Assembly: GCA_963757925.1 (NCBI GenBank)
Contig: CAVWTE010000004.1
Span: forward strand, 46,909-110,908
DNA from: an uncultured Actinomycetota bacterium
Lineage (GTDB): Bacteria > Actinomycetota > Thermoleophilia > Solirubrobacterales > Solirubrobacteraceae
Length of the DNA stretch: 64,000 bases
Direction: 5' to 3'
In this document: one piece after another, positions 49,184 through 59,086 of the stretch
How positions within the stretch are numbered: the stretch's first letter is position 1
Layout: every line of letters begins with the position of its first letter
The notes under the pieces: model-generated
What the model was told of the DNA's origin: nothing
The model's database searches: none
The model's input: the letters and a program-made list of their open reading frames with translations, nothing else
Made by a program: the position numbers and the translations under genes

Positions 49184-51289
49184 CTAGGAGAATTGCTCAG
49201 CTTCGCGGAGGATCGCGCGGTTCAAGTCGCCGATATTCACGCGCTCTCCCCTGCGTGCGATCGCAAGCGTCTGCTGGGTCAGGGCGCTCCGCGGGTTCAG
49301 CTGCGCCGCGCGCCGCAGAAGATCAAGCCCAGCACGTGCTTCGCCGCGACTGGAGGCTATGGCGCCCAGCTCGAGCGTCGCATAGGCGTCTCCGGGAGCT
49401 CGACCGATCGCCAGTTGAAACTGCTTGCGGGCTCGACCGAGCTCTTCCAGACGTAGGGCGATCGTCCCCCCGATCAGATCAGGTTCGGCGCTCAGCGGGT
49501 TCAGTCGCGCCGCTTCATCGAGCCGTGCATACGCGGTCGATGGCGATGCGGTCCAAACGCGCGCTGCGCTCTCGACCTCCATGCGGGAGAGCCAGGGGGC
49601 GCCGAGCGCCAAGATCGCAAACGCGGCGACCCCGATCGCCACGGCCGCTCGGCCAATCCTGCGCAGTCGAGACCTGCGGCGCGAGGGCGCAACGGCGGCC
49701 GCCCTGGCGGGCATCAGCGAGCAGGAAAGGCCCAGCAGCGCAAAGGCAGGAGCGCCAAGGCCCGCGTACTCGAAGAACCAGTCGAAGGAGCCGTGAATCG
49801 CCCAGTAGACGAAACCCGCGAGCGCCCCGGCGGCGACCGCGCGCGCAAGGGAGTCTGATACCGAGAGTGCCCTCCTTACGGCGAGCAGGCTTGCGAGGAG
49901 CCCGACAAGCGCGATGATCGCGCCGATCAGGCCGGTCTCCGTGAGCGTGCGCAGCTCGACGCTGTGAGGGTAGTGGGGGGTCTCCAGGCTGTGGCCCCGC
50001 CGCAGGTACTGCTCGGCGAAGTTGTCGGCACCGATGCCAAGCAGCGGGTGTGCCAGGAATTCGTGCCAGGCGACTCGATAGAAGTCGTAGCGGTTGCTGC
50101 CAAAGCCCGCAGCGAGACGGCTTTCGCGTCTGCTGTCGGCTTCGTAGCCTTTGATGCTCGTGAACGTGCTCCAGGCGTGTTCGACGCGCCCCAACGGTTT
50201 GCCGGCCGCTGCGATGCCCCCGGCCGCCACGGCCAGGACGGTGAGCACGCCCACGGTCGCGATGCCCCGACGAACGCGCGCCCTGGCGCTCGGCGAGGCG
50301 GGCCACCTGCTCTCCAGCATCGCGGCGAGCGTCACCAGCACCGTCACGACCACTCCCGCCACCAGCACCGAGAGCGTGGCCGAATGGGCAGCAGTCGATG
50401 CCGGCGCCCCCGATTCGACCCGTTCGTCGAGCCGCAGCACCGCAGGCACGCAGATACCGGCGCCGACGCCGATCGGCACGAGAGTCGCAAAGCTCCGCAC
50501 ACGCCCCGGCAGCAACAGGAACACGAGCGCAAGCACGATCGGAATCGAGTACACCGACCCACGGCTCTGGCTGTAGAGCGCGACCGCGGCAAGCACGACC
50601 GCGCCGCCCGCGAGTAGCCCGCGTGCAAGAGATGGCACACGGCGCGCGGAGGCGAGCAGCCATGCGGGGAAGAACGCGATCATCCACAGCGCCGCATTCG
50701 CGTTCGTGTAGCCGGCGGGAAAGGCGAGGCGGCCGCCGGGCATCAGGCTCTGCAGTCGCGACACGCTGCCCGCAGCCGCGTCGACATGCAGCACGGCGAA
50801 GACCGCAAGGCCGGCCATCGCCAGCGCCCAGGCACCGAGCAGGAGCGCCGCTGCCTCGCCCGTCCTGCGAAAGCTCGCAAAGAGCGCGAACACGATCAGG
50901 TAGACGAGCGTGCGGTCGGCTCCTTCCCAGGCATCGCCGGGGACGTTGGCCCACAGGATCGAGAGAAAGCTGAACGCCGTATAGGCCGCGAGCGCCGCGA
51001 GCGCGATCCGCACGGGCCAAGGGATCGAGGTGACTCGCAGCCCCGTCGCGCCCACGGCGATCGCGAGCAGCGCAAGCAGGATCAGGCCTCCGGGCGCCCA
51101 GTGGGTCTCAGGAAAGCCAGCCTGGTTGGCGGCCCATGCGACCAGGAGCGCGAGCGCCGCGAGCGCAGGAAGCGCGCTGGGGTCGGAGCTCAGGGTGCGC
51201 AGCGGCTTGCGAAGCAGGTCGCCTCGCGCGCCGTCGTGGGTCGCGCCGCCATCGGGCCGGCCGTCGGCAAGGCTGCTTGTGGCGGGCAT
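49184..51289 (-). CDS. O-antigen-ligase-family protein with C-terminal TPR-like repeats
   Basis: GYTNA, SQSRG, NRYDFYRVA, HPLLGIG, HSVELRTLTETG; AARLNP and AAQLNP TPR-type ends. Confidence 0.88.
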   Translation of the reverse strand: MPATSSLADGRPDGGATHDGARGDLLRKPLRTLSSDPSALPALAALALLVAWAANQAGFPETHWAPGGLILLALLAIAVGATGLRVTSIPWPVRIALAALAAYTAFSFLSILWANVPGDAWEGADRTLVYLIVFALFASFRRTGEAAALLLGAWALAMAGLAVFAVLHVDAAAGSVSRLQSLMPGGRLAFPAGYTNANAALWMIAFFPAWLLASARRVPSLARGLLAGGAVVLAAVALYSQSRGSVYSIPIVLALVFLLLPGRVRSFATLVPIGVGAGICVPAVLRLDERVESGAPASTAAHSATLSVLVAGVVVTVLVTLAAMLESRWPASPSARARVRRGIATVGVLTVLAVAAGGIAAAGKPLGRVEHAWSTFTSIKGYEADSRRESRLAAGFGSNRYDFYRVAWHEFLAHPLLGIGADNFAEQYLRRGHSLETPHYPHSVELRTLTETGLIGAIIALVGLLASLLAVRRALSVSDSLARAVAAGALAGFVYWAIHGSFDWFFEYAGLGAPAFALLGLSCSLMPARAAAVAPSRRRSRLRRIGRAAVAIGVAAFAILALGAPWLSRMEVESAARVWTASPSTAYARLDEAARLNPLSAEPDLIGGTIALRLEELGRARKQFQLAIGRAPGDAYATLELGAIASSRGEARAGLDLLRRAAQLNPRSALTQQTLAIARRGERVNIGDLNRAILREAEQFS

Positions 51290-51346
51290 CTGCCGCCGAG
51301 GATAATGCTCGCGCTGGCGCGCCGGCACGCTGCTCGCTTCAAGCCG

Positions 51347-52015
51347 TCAGGAGGGTGCGTGCTTCTGCGGGGAGGAGCCTGGCTTCGCCGGCCGCGTCGC
51401 CCCGGCCAGCAGCAGTGAGATCACTCGTCCCATCAGATCGTCGGGCACGACCGCCGGATCGGCGAGCTTCTGGCGCGCGATGCCATCAGCGAGCGCGTCG
51501 ATTGCGATCGCGAGGTGCTCCGCGGGCATCTCGAGCTGCAGGTCGAACTCGCGTGCGCCGTCGCCGATCAGCCTCGTCAGCACCTGCCTTGCCTTCGCAA
51601 AGCTGGCGGCGACCCGCTCGCGGGCGCCGGGATCGCGTGCTGCGTAAGCCCAGAACTCGACGAACAGCATCAGCATCTCGGGCTCGCGCTCGACGATCTC
51701 CATCCAGTGCCGCGCGCCGTCCCTCGCGCGCTCGGCGACCGAGGCGACGCCGTCTACCTCGGCCGCGATCTCTGCGCAGTAGGCATCGATCTCGTGGTCC
51801 ATGAGCGCGAGGAAGAGGTCCTCCTTGCCGTCGAAGTTGGAGTAGAGGGCCCCGGTCGAGAAGCCCGCCTCCGCCGCGATCTCCTCCACGGAGGCGCCGT
51901 GGTACCCGCGACGTGCGAAGACGGACCTGGCGGCGGCGAGCAGCCGCTGCCTGGTCTGAGCCTTGCTCTGTTCGCGCGTGAGCCTCGTCGCGATTGCGGG
52001 TGCCGCTTCAGTCAT
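51347..52015 (-). CDS. TetR-family regulator
   Basis: TRQRLLAAARSVFARRGY..ASVEEIA..AGFSTGALYSNFDGKEDL. Confidence 0.95.
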   Translation of the reverse strand: MTEAAPAIATRLTREQSKAQTRQRLLAAARSVFARRGYHGASVEEIAAEAGFSTGALYSNFDGKEDLFLALMDHEIDAYCAEIAAEVDGVASVAERARDGARHWMEIVEREPEMLMLFVEFWAYAARDPGARERVAASFAKARQVLTRLIGDGAREFDLQLEMPAEHLAIAIDALADGIARQKLADPAVVPDDLMGRVISLLLAGATRPAKPGSSPQKHAPS

Positions 52016-52036
52016 GAGCCGCATTCTAGTTGAGGG

Positions 52037-52062
52037 AGCATTTGCTATTGCAATAATATTCA
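52037..52062. promoter_or_regulatory. AT-rich divergent promoter / candidate TetR operator
   Basis: Perfect palindrome TATTGCAATA at 52046-55 between tetR and its divergent gene. Confidence 0.4.
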
Positions 52063-52158
52063 TTATCTGTAGACTCTAGATCGTCCTCCACACGCGGAGG
52101 TGGCTTGGCCAGGGCTGGCGAACGTCGCAGGGCGCCCAACCGACAGAGGAGCGAAGAG

Positions 52159-53487
52159 ATGGCGAGCACGATGGCGCAGGGCAATGGGGCAATTTCCTCA
52201 AACGGCTCACAGATCGGCAGCCTGCCCGCTGACGCGATCTCCTACGAGGATCTGTACAGGCGCTGGGAGCACGGCAATTGGAGCGCGATGGACCTCGACT
52301 TCAGCGAGGACGCCAAGCAATGGCAGGAGCGCTTCACCGACTTCGAGCGTCAGGCAGCGCTGTGGAACTACGGCCTCTTCTTCTGGGGCGAGGACGCTGT
52401 AACCGACAACCTCTCCCCCTACATAGACGCCGCGCCATTGGAGGAGCAAAAGTACTTCCTGACCACCCAGCAGGTCGACGAGGCCAGGCACGCCGTCTTC
52501 TTCAAGCGCTTCATGAACGAGGTCTGTGGCATCGGCGACGGCTCGCCCGCGAGTGGCCTGGCCGCGATCAGGCCGAAGCTCTCACCGGGCTTCGTGAAGA
52601 TCTTCGAGCGCCTGGACACGATGGCGGCGCAGCTGCGCAAGGACCACTCCCGCCCCAAGCTCGCCGCCGCGGTCGCCCTCTACCACGTCATCATCGAGGC
52701 GACGATGGCCCAACCGGGCCAGCACATGATCTGCAGCTACCTGGAGCAGCGCGACGCGCTGCCGGCCTTCAGGGCCGGCATGGCGAACATCGCCGCCGAC
52801 GAGCAGCGCCACATCGGCTTCGGCGTGAAGCTGATCTCCGACCTCGCGCGTGAAGACGACCGCGTCCCCGCAGCCGTCGCTGGCCTGCTGCGCGAAGTGA
52901 TGCCCTTCCTGGCCCAGGTGATGATGCCGCCGGGCTGGGACGAGCGCTACCTCACCTGCTTTGGCTACGACTTCGAGACGATCAGCGTAGAGGCCGCAAC
53001 CTCGATGCGCACGAAGCTGCGCTCCGCCGGCCTGCCGCTGGAGGAGCTGCCCGGCCCGCCGATCGTGCCCGAGGGCTTGACGATCGAGGAGATGAGCAGG
53101 CGCGGCCGGGAGCTGGCCAAGGCCGGCGTGATCGGTGTGCGCCAGGGACCCACGCAGCGCGATCCCGAGACGGTCGAGCTGCTCTTCGACACGATCTGCA
53201 GACAGGTCAACCCCCAGCACGGCCTGCGCAGGCCGACGACCCTGCAGTGGGAGTTCACCGACGCCGACGTCCCCACCTGGCACCTGGTCATCGACAATGG
53301 CTCCAGCCGCGTCGCCAGCGGCCCGGCGGCCGACCCGGACGTCCGCATGAAGGTCGCCTACCAGGACTTCGTCGACATCATCGGCAATCGCCTGGCCCCG
53401 ATGAGAGCGATCGCGACCGGAAAGCTTCGTCCCCGCGGCAACCCGCTCGTGCTCGGCAAGATGGGCAGGATCTTCCCGCGCGGCTGA
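52159..53487 (+). CDS. Ferritin-like R2lox-type dimetal oxidase fused to an SCP2 lipid-binding domain
   Basis: GEDAVT, DEARH, IEATMA, DEQRH metal motifs; C-terminal LQWEF...WHLVID...PMRAIATGKL..GN. Confidence 0.8.
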   Translation: MASTMAQGNGAISSNGSQIGSLPADAISYEDLYRRWEHGNWSAMDLDFSEDAKQWQERFTDFERQAALWNYGLFFWGEDAVTDNLSPYIDAAPLEEQKYFLTTQQVDEARHAVFFKRFMNEVCGIGDGSPASGLAAIRPKLSPGFVKIFERLDTMAAQLRKDHSRPKLAAAVALYHVIIEATMAQPGQHMICSYLEQRDALPAFRAGMANIAADEQRHIGFGVKLISDLAREDDRVPAAVAGLLREVMPFLAQVMMPPGWDERYLTCFGYDFETISVEAATSMRTKLRSAGLPLEELPGPPIVPEGLTIEEMSRRGRELAKAGVIGVRQGPTQRDPETVELLFDTICRQVNPQHGLRRPTTLQWEFTDADVPTWHLVIDNGSSRVASGPAADPDVRMKVAYQDFVDIIGNRLAPMRAIATGKLRPRGNPLVLGKMGRIFPRG

Positions 53488-53497
53488 GCCGCACGGG

Positions 53498-54715
53498 CTA
53501 TTCGATCCCGAATTCGTGCTCAGCCTGGCTCGGGGAGCCCGCCTGGGCTGGCGAGCGCACACCCCTGGAGCCCGGCGCTACCGTCCGAGGTCGTTCGAGC
53601 CCGAACTCACGCAACGCAGCCGACGGCGAGCGGACTGCGCGCGCATGCGGCGCGGAGACGCGGCGAGCCGTGGAGCGCCTGCGCGTCTGCGCTTCGTGCG
53701 TTCTCGGATGAGCCTTCGCCTCCGCGTGCGCCGGCACAGGGCGACCGCGGCCGAGCACCACGGCTCCGCGGCGGCTTGGATGCAGGTGAGCGTGCGACGG
53801 GGCGACCGTCAGGGCGACGCCCGCAGCGCCCGCCCCAAGGACCAGCGCACCTGCGAGCGCGATCTTGGCCCCGCCGAATCCCGTGCCGGTAAAGCGGCCG
53901 CCAATCCTGCTCGCGTGGACCGTCGGAGCTCGCAGGCTGCCCGCGCCCGCACCGCCGTGGAGACCGGATCCGCCGAGCAGCCTGGGCAGGAAGACCGGCG
54001 GCAGCGTCGCGGAGAGGCCTCTCAGGGAGAGCACGTAGGCGCGACAGGACGGGCAGCTGCTGCGGTGGGCGAGTGCGATCCGATGGCGCTCGCCCTTAGG
54101 GTCGAGCACCCCGAAGGCGAGCGCGCGCATCAGCGAGGCGTGCTCCTCGCAGAACCGGTCCCCGGATATCGACTCGACCAGCGCGCCTACCTTCGCGGCC
54201 ACGCCAGGGCGCCCGCCACGCCCCTCCATCAGCTTCTGCATCCGCCGCGGTCCAATGCCCATGTGCCTGGCGGCCTCCTCACGCGTGAGTCCCTGCAGGT
54301 AGCAGAGCGCGGCGGCCTGCCGCTCGCGCGCGCTCAGGTGGGCGCCAAGCCCCTCCATCAGCCGCCGCAGCCTGATGCGATCGTCCACCTCGGCGGCGAG
54401 GTCGCGATCGGCCGCGGCCGCCTCGCCACGCAGCTCCGCGACGTGGCGACGCGCGCGCTGCTCGTCGATCGCGCGCCGGTGGGTGACGAGCACCAGCCAA
54501 CCAGCGGGGTTGTGGATCTCCTCTCCGGCCAGGACCGCGGCATAGAGCCCCTGCCAGGCCTGCGAGTAGCAGGCATCCAGGTCGGCCTCGTCAAACGAGT
54601 GCCCGCTCGCGCCAAGGCGCGCACGAACCGAGCCAAGCACGCTCCCGCGCAGACTCTCGAACTCGGCGCGCAGCAGACGCTCCGCACGGTATCGGCGCAG
54701 ATGCAGTGGGCTCAT
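53498..54715 (-). CDS. ECF-type sigma factor with C-terminal zinc finger and TM extension
   Basis: Region 2 (GWLVLVTHRRAIDE), region 4 (LSARERQA..LCYLQGLT.EEAA..MGI), HRSSCPSC, hydrophobic helix. Confidence 0.8.
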   Translation of the reverse strand: MSPLHLRRYRAERLLRAEFESLRGSVLGSVRARLGASGHSFDEADLDACYSQAWQGLYAAVLAGEEIHNPAGWLVLVTHRRAIDEQRARRHVAELRGEAAAADRDLAAEVDDRIRLRRLMEGLGAHLSARERQAAALCYLQGLTREEAARHMGIGPRRMQKLMEGRGGRPGVAAKVGALVESISGDRFCEEHASLMRALAFGVLDPKGERHRIALAHRSSCPSCRAYVLSLRGLSATLPPVFLPRLLGGSGLHGGAGAGSLRAPTVHASRIGGRFTGTGFGGAKIALAGALVLGAGAAGVALTVAPSHAHLHPSRRGAVVLGRGRPVPAHAEAKAHPRTHEAQTRRRSTARRVSAPHARAVRSPSAALREFGLERPRTVAPGSRGVRSPAQAGSPSQAEHEFGIE

Positions 54716-54803
54716 ACCCGCGGAATCTTACGAATGAAAAGAATTTATTTGTTGTGCAGATCTCTGTCTGTGCGACAGGTATCTGCGGATGGCACCGAGG
54801 CGC

Positions 54804-55913
54804 TCAGGCCGCGGCGTCAGTCATGTACCGCTCGATCTGCGCCACGCTGACCTGCCGCATGTCCCCCCCGGCCAGGTGCGCGCGATGCCAGCTGACGAGC
54901 TCGCCGAGCCCCCGCTCGAGCTCCCACGCCGAGCGCCAGCCGAGCCTCTCTCTGGCCTTGGATGAGTCGAGCGCAAGCCACGACGCCTCCCGCGGGTCGG
55001 CGCACTCGTCCACCTCCCATGCCGGCGCGTCCTTCCACAGCTCACCGACCCGCTCGAGCACCGCCCCGACCGACATCAGGTCGCTTGCAGGCGGCCCGAA
55101 GTTCCACGCCTCGCAGGCATCTGCGTCAAGCAGCAGGCGCTGCAGGAGCATCAGATAACCCATCAGCGGGTTCAGCACGTGCTGCCAGGGGCGCACCGCC
55201 TCGGGGTTGCGGACCCTCAGGGGAGCAGGCGTCAGGCCACTGGCGACCCGCACGAAGTCGGGCAGCAGCCGATCCTCGCCCCAGTCGCCGCCGCCGATCA
55301 CGTTGCCGGCACGCGCGCTGGCCAGCCGCGGCGCCTGCTCGGCTCCAAAGAAGGATCGGCGATATGAGGCTGCCACCAGCTCCGCGCATGCCTTCGAGCT
55401 CGAATAGGGATCGCTGCCACCGAGCGGGTCCTCCTCGCGGAATGCCCGGCCGCCGAGCCCCGGGTCCTGCTGCGATCTGGCCACGCCCGGATTCTCGTAG
55501 CACTTGTCCGAGGTCACGATCAGCACGGCCCTGACCGACTCTCCTGCCAGGCGCACCGCCTCGAGCAGGTTCACCGTCCCGATCACGTTGACCTCGAAGG
55601 TGCCGGCCGGATCGGCCAGCGAGCGCCTCACCATCGGCTGAGCCGCGAGATGGAGCACGACCTCCGGCCGCGCAGCCGCAAGGGCGGCCTGCAGGGCCGC
55701 GCGATCGCGCACGTCCAGGTCATGCTCGGCCGCCATGCCGCTGCCCACTTGCGCCAGCCGGTAGAGCGACAGGTCGCCAGCCGATCCGGGCGAGACGCCG
55801 ATCACCTGCGCACCGAGCCGCTGCAGCCACAGGGAGAGCCAGGCGCCCTTGAAGCCGGTGTGTCCGGTGAGCAGGACGCGCCTGCCGCGCCAACGGTCCT
55901 CCTCGATCGGCAT
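54804..55913 (-). CDS. rfbG: CDP-glucose 4,6-dehydratase
   Basis: LTGHTGFKGAWL, HLAAQP.V, TSDKCY, DPYSSSK, RAGNVIGGGDW, RPWQHVL. Confidence 0.93.
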   Translation of the reverse strand: MPIEEDRWRGRRVLLTGHTGFKGAWLSLWLQRLGAQVIGVSPGSAGDLSLYRLAQVGSGMAAEHDLDVRDRAALQAALAAARPEVVLHLAAQPMVRRSLADPAGTFEVNVIGTVNLLEAVRLAGESVRAVLIVTSDKCYENPGVARSQQDPGLGGRAFREEDPLGGSDPYSSSKACAELVAASYRRSFFGAEQAPRLASARAGNVIGGGDWGEDRLLPDFVRVASGLTPAPLRVRNPEAVRPWQHVLNPLMGYLMLLQRLLLDADACEAWNFGPPASDLMSVGAVLERVGELWKDAPAWEVDECADPREASWLALDSSKARERLGWRSAWELERGLGELVSWHRAHLAGGDMRQVSVAQIERYMTDAAA

Positions 55914-56005
55914 CGCAGAGGCAGCCTATCCCGTGCGACCGCGGCGCGGCCGGCGAGCACACGGTGCGTCTCGATGCAGCAGCCGCTGCGGATAGGCTGC
56001 GTTCA

Positions 56006-56800
56006 GTGACAGTGACGAGTCCCGCTCCGCCGAAGCTGCCATCCGCCGAGGTGCTTGGCACTCCGCTTGCGATCTCCGACTACGCGGGTGTGCTGGCCTG
56101 GATGCAGCAGACGATCGCGGCAGGCCAGCGCAGCTGGATCAGCGCGGCGGCCGTCAACCTCGTGATGTCGGCGCTCGACGATCCAGAGGTGCGCGCCGCG
56201 GTGGATACCGCGAGCCTCGTGGTCCCCGACGGTCAACCGCTTGTCTGGGCGCTGCACACGCTCGGGCACAGGGCCGCGACGCGGATCTACGGCCCGGAGC
56301 TGATGGCACGCTTCTGCGCGCTGGCGGCAGGCGATGGCACCCGCATCTACCTATACGGAGGACGCGACCAGGGCAGACTCTCGCTGCTCGGAGAGCGGCT
56401 GCTCGAGCGCTTCCCCGGCCTGCAGATCGCGGGCGGCTACTCTCCCCCCTTTCGGCCGCTTGGCGAGCAGGAGCGCACGCGGCTTGCGAGCGAGATCGAC
56501 GACTGCGGAGCGCAGGTCGTCTGGGTCGGCACCGGGCAGCCCAAGCAGGAGCTCTGGATGGCGCAGATGCGCCCGCTGCTCAGCGCTCCGCTGCTCGTCG
56601 GCGTGGGCGCGGCCTTCGACTTCCACGCCGGACTGCTCGCCCAGGCGCCGCCGTGGATGGGGCGCAACGGACTGGAGTGGCTGTTCCGCCTCTCCCGTGA
56701 GCCCAGACGGCTGTGGCGGCGCTACGCAAGCCAGAACCCGCGCTTCATCGCGGGCTTCGCCCGTCAGTACGCAAGCCGGCGCGCGAGGCGACGCCGGTAA
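56006..56800 (+). CDS. WecB/TagA/CpsF (GT26) glycosyltransferase
   Basis: VPDGQP, RIYGPEL, SPPFR, VG.G.PKQE, GVGAAFDFHAG, GLEWLFRL..EPRRLWRRY. Confidence 0.93.
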   Translation: MTVTSPAPPKLPSAEVLGTPLAISDYAGVLAWMQQTIAAGQRSWISAAAVNLVMSALDDPEVRAAVDTASLVVPDGQPLVWALHTLGHRAATRIYGPELMARFCALAAGDGTRIYLYGGRDQGRLSLLGERLLERFPGLQIAGGYSPPFRPLGEQERTRLASEIDDCGAQVVWVGTGQPKQELWMAQMRPLLSAPLLVGVGAAFDFHAGLLAQAPPWMGRNGLEWLFRLSREPRRLWRRYASQNPRFIAGFARQYASRRARRRR

Positions 56801-56809
56801 TCTGGCGGC

Positions 56810-58087
56810 ATGGAGCAATCGAACTTCTCCGCCGACGCCGCGGTGATCGGGCTCGGCCGTGTGGGCCTGCCGCTCGCGCTCTGCCTGGCCGACCGCGGGC
56901 TGAACGTGCTCGGCGTGGACATCGACCAGGCACGCCTGCAGGCTCTGCGCGACGCGCGGATGCCCTTCAGCGAGCCGGGCACCGAGGAGCTGCTTGGGCG
57001 CGTCAGCGACAGCGGCAGGCTCGTGCTGGATGACCGCGTCGCAAGCGCCGCCGCGGCGCGGCAGATCGTGATCACGCTCGGCACGCCGTCGTTCTCCCAC
57101 ATCGAGATCGACATGCGCGAAATCCGCTCCGCGCTCGATGACCTGCTCGGCGTGCTAAGGGCCGGCCACGCGCTCACGCTGCGCTCCACCGTCGCCCCCG
57201 GCACCACCGAGTTCGTGGCCGGCTACCTGGCCAAGCACAGGGGCTTTCGGATCGGCGAGGAGGTGTTCGTCGCGCACGTCCCGGAGCGGATCGCCGCCGG
57301 GCGCTTCCTGGAGGAGATCGACACGCTGCCCTGCATCGTCGGCGGCGTCGGCGAGCGCTCCGCGGAGGTGGTCGCCGAGCTCTTCGAAGCCTTCGCCGCG
57401 CCGATCGTCAAGACAACCCCGGTGCAGGCGGAGCTCGCGAAGATATGGGCGAACATCCTGCGCTACACGCACTTCGCCCTGCCGAACCTGCTGATGATGG
57501 ACTGCGAGCGCTACGGGGCGAACGTCTTCGAGGTAATCGACCTGGTCAACAGGGACTATCCGCGCGGCGGTATCGCCAAGCCCGGCCTCACCGCCGGAAC
57601 CTGCCTGCGCAAGGACTTCGCCTTCTCCGAGGAGCGCTCCAACGCACCGGGCATGCTGCTCGCGGTCTCGCGCGTGAACGAGTCGGTGCCGCTCTTCCTG
57701 CTGGAAGGCGCAAAGCGCCGCCTCGGCACGCTGGACGGCCGCCGCGTCGCCGTGCTCGGCCTCGCATTCAAGGCCGACACCGACGACGAGCGCGACTCGC
57801 TCTCGCACAAGCTGATCAGGCTGCTGGAACGCGAGCTCGCCGACGTGTCGGCCCACGATCCGCATCTCGCAAGCCCAACCGCGACGCTCGATGCGGTACT
57901 CGACGGCGCAGAGGCGGTCTTCATCGCGACCAATCACTCTGAGTTTCGCGATCCGCAGCTGCTTGGCAGGATGGCCACCGCCTGCTCCGAGCACTGTCTC
58001 GTAATCGACCCCTGGGACTGCTGGGGCGCCGGCCAGGTGTTCGGGTATGCCTCCGAGCTTGCGACCCTCTCGGGTGCCGCGTCATGA
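56810..58087 (+). CDS. UDP-sugar 6-dehydrogenase (WecC-like)
   Basis: GLGRVGLP, RSTVAPGTT, PERI, ELAK...N, AGTCL, GLAFK.DTDD.RDS. Confidence 0.9.
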   Translation: MEQSNFSADAAVIGLGRVGLPLALCLADRGLNVLGVDIDQARLQALRDARMPFSEPGTEELLGRVSDSGRLVLDDRVASAAAARQIVITLGTPSFSHIEIDMREIRSALDDLLGVLRAGHALTLRSTVAPGTTEFVAGYLAKHRGFRIGEEVFVAHVPERIAAGRFLEEIDTLPCIVGGVGERSAEVVAELFEAFAAPIVKTTPVQAELAKIWANILRYTHFALPNLLMMDCERYGANVFEVIDLVNRDYPRGGIAKPGLTAGTCLRKDFAFSEERSNAPGMLLAVSRVNESVPLFLLEGAKRRLGTLDGRRVAVLGLAFKADTDDERDSLSHKLIRLLERELADVSAHDPHLASPTATLDAVLDGAEAVFIATNHSEFRDPQLLGRMATACSEHCLVIDPWDCWGAGQVFGYASELATLSGAAS

Positions 58088-59064
58088 GCAGGGTGCTCGT
58101 CACGGGCGGTGTCGGCACGATCGGCGCGGCGCTCGTCAGGCGCCTGCTCACCGACCCCGACTACGAGGTGCGCGTCTCAGACCAGCGCGCCGCGCCCACG
58201 TGGATGCGCGAGGGATGCGAGGTCCACACGGGAGATCTGCGCGAACTCGACCAGGCCAAGGCCGCCACCGCCGGCTGTAGTCACGTCATCCACCTGGCCG
58301 CGATCGTCGGCGGGATCGCAAACTTCCACCGCCTTCCTCACACGCTCACCGAGGTCAACGCGGCGCTCTACAACGCCGTTGTGCGTGCCGCGCTGGACGC
58401 CGATGTGGAGCGCTTCACCTACGTCTCCTCCTCGATGGTCTTCGAGCGCGCGACCGAGTTCCCCACGACCGAGTCCCACATCGAGCAGTGCCCCCCTCCG
58501 CACTCGGCCTACGGCTTCTCCAAGCTCACCGGCGAGATCTACTGCCGGGCCGCCCACGAAGAGCACGGCCTGCCCTTCACGATCTGTCGCCCCTTCAACG
58601 CCTATGGCCCCGGGGAGATGCCCGAGGATGAGCCGGGCATCGCCCACGCGGTCCCCGATCTGATCCGCAAGGTGCTCTCTGGCCAGCACCCGCTGCAGAT
58701 CTTCGGCGATGGCACCCAGACGAGGACGCTCACACACGTGGACGACATCGCCGACGGGATCGTGACCGCGATGGGCTCGCCGGCCGCCCTCGGCGAGACC
58801 TTCAACATCTCCGCCTCTCGAGAGATGACCGTGAAGGAGATCGCAGAGGTCATCTGGGCCGCCTGCGGCCAGGACCCGCAGGAGCTCGAGCTCGAGCACC
58901 TGCCGAGCTTCACCGTCGATGTCCAGCGCAGATGGCCCTCGGTGGAGAAGGCCAGGACGCTGCTCGGCTGGGAGTCCAGGATCGACGTCGAGGACGGGAT
59001 CGCGGCGACCGTCGCGTGGCTGCGCGAGCGGCTGGGTGCCGATGCGCGGATGCCGTCGGTTTGA
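58084..59064 (+). CDS. NAD-dependent epimerase/dehydratase
   Basis: VTGGVGTIG, HLAA.VGG, SSS, YGFSK, FNAYGP. Confidence 0.92.
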   Translation: MSRVLVTGGVGTIGAALVRRLLTDPDYEVRVSDQRAAPTWMREGCEVHTGDLRELDQAKAATAGCSHVIHLAAIVGGIANFHRLPHTLTEVNAALYNAVVRAALDADVERFTYVSSSMVFERATEFPTTESHIEQCPPPHSAYGFSKLTGEIYCRAAHEEHGLPFTICRPFNAYGPGEMPEDEPGIAHAVPDLIRKVLSGQHPLQIFGDGTQTRTLTHVDDIADGIVTAMGSPAALGETFNISASREMTVKEIAEVIWAACGQDPQELELEHLPSFTVDVQRRWPSVEKARTLLGWESRIDVEDGIAATVAWLRERLGADARMPSV

Positions 59065-59086
59065 GAGCGGCGGACCTGGCCTCGCC

